Of a stretch of 55,258 bases of DNA, positions 53,978 through 55,258 are shown one piece after another (position 1 is the stretch's first letter; each line of letters begins with the position of its first letter). The notes below the pieces were generated by a model. The model had not been told where the DNA came from. It did no database searches and saw nothing but the letters and a program-made list of their open reading frames with translations. The DNA comes from Nitrospirota bacterium. GTDB taxonomy: Bacteria > Nitrospirota > Thermodesulfovibrionia > Thermodesulfovibrionales > JdFR-85. The stretch lies in the NCBI GenBank assembly GCA_003232715.1, contig QIJG01000050.1, positions 1 to 55,258 on the forward strand. The letters are read 5' to 3'. Made by a program: the position numbers and the translations under genes.

Positions 53978-54027
53978 TAAATTCTTGACCTATTTTGTCT
54001 TTTTTTTGACCTATCTTGCAGGGAAGG
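53978..54027 (-). promoter_or_regulatory. Copy B of the shared block: two TTGACCTRTYTTG direct repeats 21 bp apart, upstream of the CIS operon
   Basis: TTGACC at 53985 and 54006. A -10-like TAAACT (minus strand, 53958-53963) lies about 20 nt beyond the proximal repeat. The CIS ATG at 53879 is about 80 nt further on. The block sits between the AraC-type regulator gene and the operon. Confidence 0.55.
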
Positions 54028-54221
54028 GTGGGCTTGTCAATAAGTGTGTAAAAGCCATTTGGGGGATTAGTGGTGGATAAGGCATATGTGATAATTTAAA
54101 CGGGTGTGCTAGGGCAGTAACGACATTACGATTAATCTGTTTTTATTCCTTGCATTGGGATGTTCTCCAGCCCGTTTAATTCCTCTATTCCGCTTCCTTT
54201 CCAATAGCGGGGCCGGTGCGG

Positions 54222-55028
54222 TCAGTTAAGGCTGTAGCCCTTCGGTTTTTCTTTGCATAAGTGCTTGAAGTGAGAGAGGGGGCTCTTCTTTTTCCGTAGC
54301 GACTTTTTGTAAACCCTAGGAGAGGCCTTCATTATCCGCTTGAACATCCTTGTGAAGTGAAACTGGTTCGTAAAACCACAGGCAAAGGCTATGTCGCTCA
54401 TGGAAAGGCCGTTCTCCCTGAGCATCTTTATCGCCTTCGAGATGCGGAGCCTGTTTACATACAAGGTAAAGGTAATGCCCATTTCCCTCTTAAAGGTCCT
54501 TCCAAAGCAGGAGATACTCATTCCGGACTCCCGGGCGATCTCGGAGAGTTTTATCTGGAAGGTGTATCTCTCATTTATATACCTGATCGCCCTGAACAGC
54601 CCATTCCATGGCTTCTCCAGTTCTTCTTCTCCCAAGACCTCCTTGATGCACAGGGCCCTGAGAATGCTCTTCTTTAAATCCTGCATAGCCAGCGGCTTCC
54701 TGAAGTAGTCCCTTGCACCGAAACGGAATACCGTAACGGCAAGTGCAAGTTCTTCAGAGCCACAATCCGTCAATATTATTACAGGCACAGAGGGCTTGAC
54801 GGACTTGAAGAACTGAAGGAGTTCAGTGCAGGAATGCTTCCCGGAGTGATCCAGAAGCACAAGATCTATCTCGTTATGCAGAAAGAAGTCGCAGGATTTG
54901 CTCTTCTCTGTATTGACGATTATTTTGCATTCCTTCAATGAAGCAGCGAGGCTTTTGTTATGCTGCCTCGCATAAGGATCTATCAGCAGTATCTGATGTT
55001 TTTCGTCCAGGGCGTAAGATGAAGTCAT
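54222..55028 (-). CDS. Response regulator with AraC/XylS-type HTH output
   Basis: Receiver (ILLIDPY..., LVLLDHSG, IILTD, YFRKP) followed by an AraC HTH (LSEIARESGMSISCFGRTFKREMGITFTLYVNRLRISKAIKML...IAFACGFTNQFHFTRMFKR). Confidence 0.85.
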   Translation of the reverse strand: MTSSYALDEKHQILLIDPYARQHNKSLAASLKECKIIVNTEKSKSCDFFLHNEIDLVLLDHSGKHSCTELLQFFKSVKPSVPVIILTDCGSEELALAVTVFRFGARDYFRKPLAMQDLKKSILRALCIKEVLGEEELEKPWNGLFRAIRYINERYTFQIKLSEIARESGMSISCFGRTFKREMGITFTLYVNRLRISKAIKMLRENGLSMSDIAFACGFTNQFHFTRMFKRIMKASPRVYKKSLRKKKSPLSHFKHLCKEKPKGYSLN

Positions 55029-55138
55029 GGGCGAACCTTGCCTTTTTTTTTAAAACAGTAAATTTATCTTTGTTTTTCAGTAAGATAGACTGAATATTTA
55101 ATTTAAGCATAGCATGGATGAGGGGTTTAATTCAACAA

Positions 55139-55178
55139 AGAAACCACCCGGTGACTCTTCAGCTCTCCCGGGTGGTTT
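55139..55178 (-). terminator. Probable intrinsic terminator of an upstream minus-strand gene
   Basis: A perfect 12-bp stem (gaaaccacccgg / ccgggtggtttc) with a 16-nt loop, followed on the minus strand by TTTGTTGAATT. A possible C-terminal coding fragment (...LLLKNFGF*) ends at about 55199. Confidence 0.45.
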
Positions 55179-55258
55179 CAAGGAAAGGGTTAATCGGCTT
55201 AGAATCCGAAGTTTTTCAACAATAGAATCCACGTCAGTGGAGTAACAAAGTCCTGACG

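Noticed and set aside
54096-54179. 9-bp inverted repeat (ttaaacggg ... cccgtttaa) separated by ~66 nt downstream of the regulator gene
   Set aside because: The stem is short and the loop very long, with no T-tract. It could be chance in AT-rich intergenic DNA.

Overview
All convincing genes in this 55.3 kb window lie on the minus strand; the long plus-strand ORFs look like antisense shadows. Reading right to left in the direction of transcription there are five blocks. (1) 54222-55028: a receiver + AraC-HTH regulator. (2) 30271-53879: a complete 17-gene contractile injection system (CIS) operon of the Afp/PVC/eCIS superfamily. It runs DUF4255-like cap, unknown 364 aa, sheath, two tube proteins, small protein, LysM tube initiator, VgrG-like spike, PAAR, gp25-like, baseplate J-like, gp7/Afp12-like, unknown 914 aa, tape measure, AAA+ ATPase, and a 1351-aa putative cargo with a C-terminal His-Me nuclease motif. 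(3) 23731-29972: an operon of two paralogous membrane proteins, a glycyl-radical enzyme (GRE), a small partner protein, the GRE activase and a peptidoglycan-binding lytic transglycosylase. (4) 4966-23409: a flagellar export/switch cluster (fliLMNOPQR-flhBAFG-fliA) followed by a chemotaxis cluster (HEAT protein, cheR, two cheY, cheA, cheB, orphan receiver, cheW, HDOD). (5) 1-4612: a cell-division block (ftsE, ftsX, envC-like, ctp) and a truncated exonuclease gene. The CIS locus is the main finding. A roughly 50-bp block containing two TTGACCTRTYTTG repeats spaced 21 bp apart occurs twice in the same orientation. One copy lies upstream of the CIS operon (53978-54027) and one just downstream of it, ahead of the membrane-protein/GRE/transglycosylase operon (30120-30173). 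Other observations: three sigma-28-type promoters sharing TAAAGTTT; a nested palindromic repeat element (4765-4956); and three frame anomalies in conserved genes (flhA split, GRE N-terminus, fliR read-through into flhB) that could be pseudogenisation or indel errors. I saw no rRNA, tRNA, CRISPR array, integrase or transposase. All motif coordinates were derived by hand and may be off by 1-2 nt. No database search or computation was possible.
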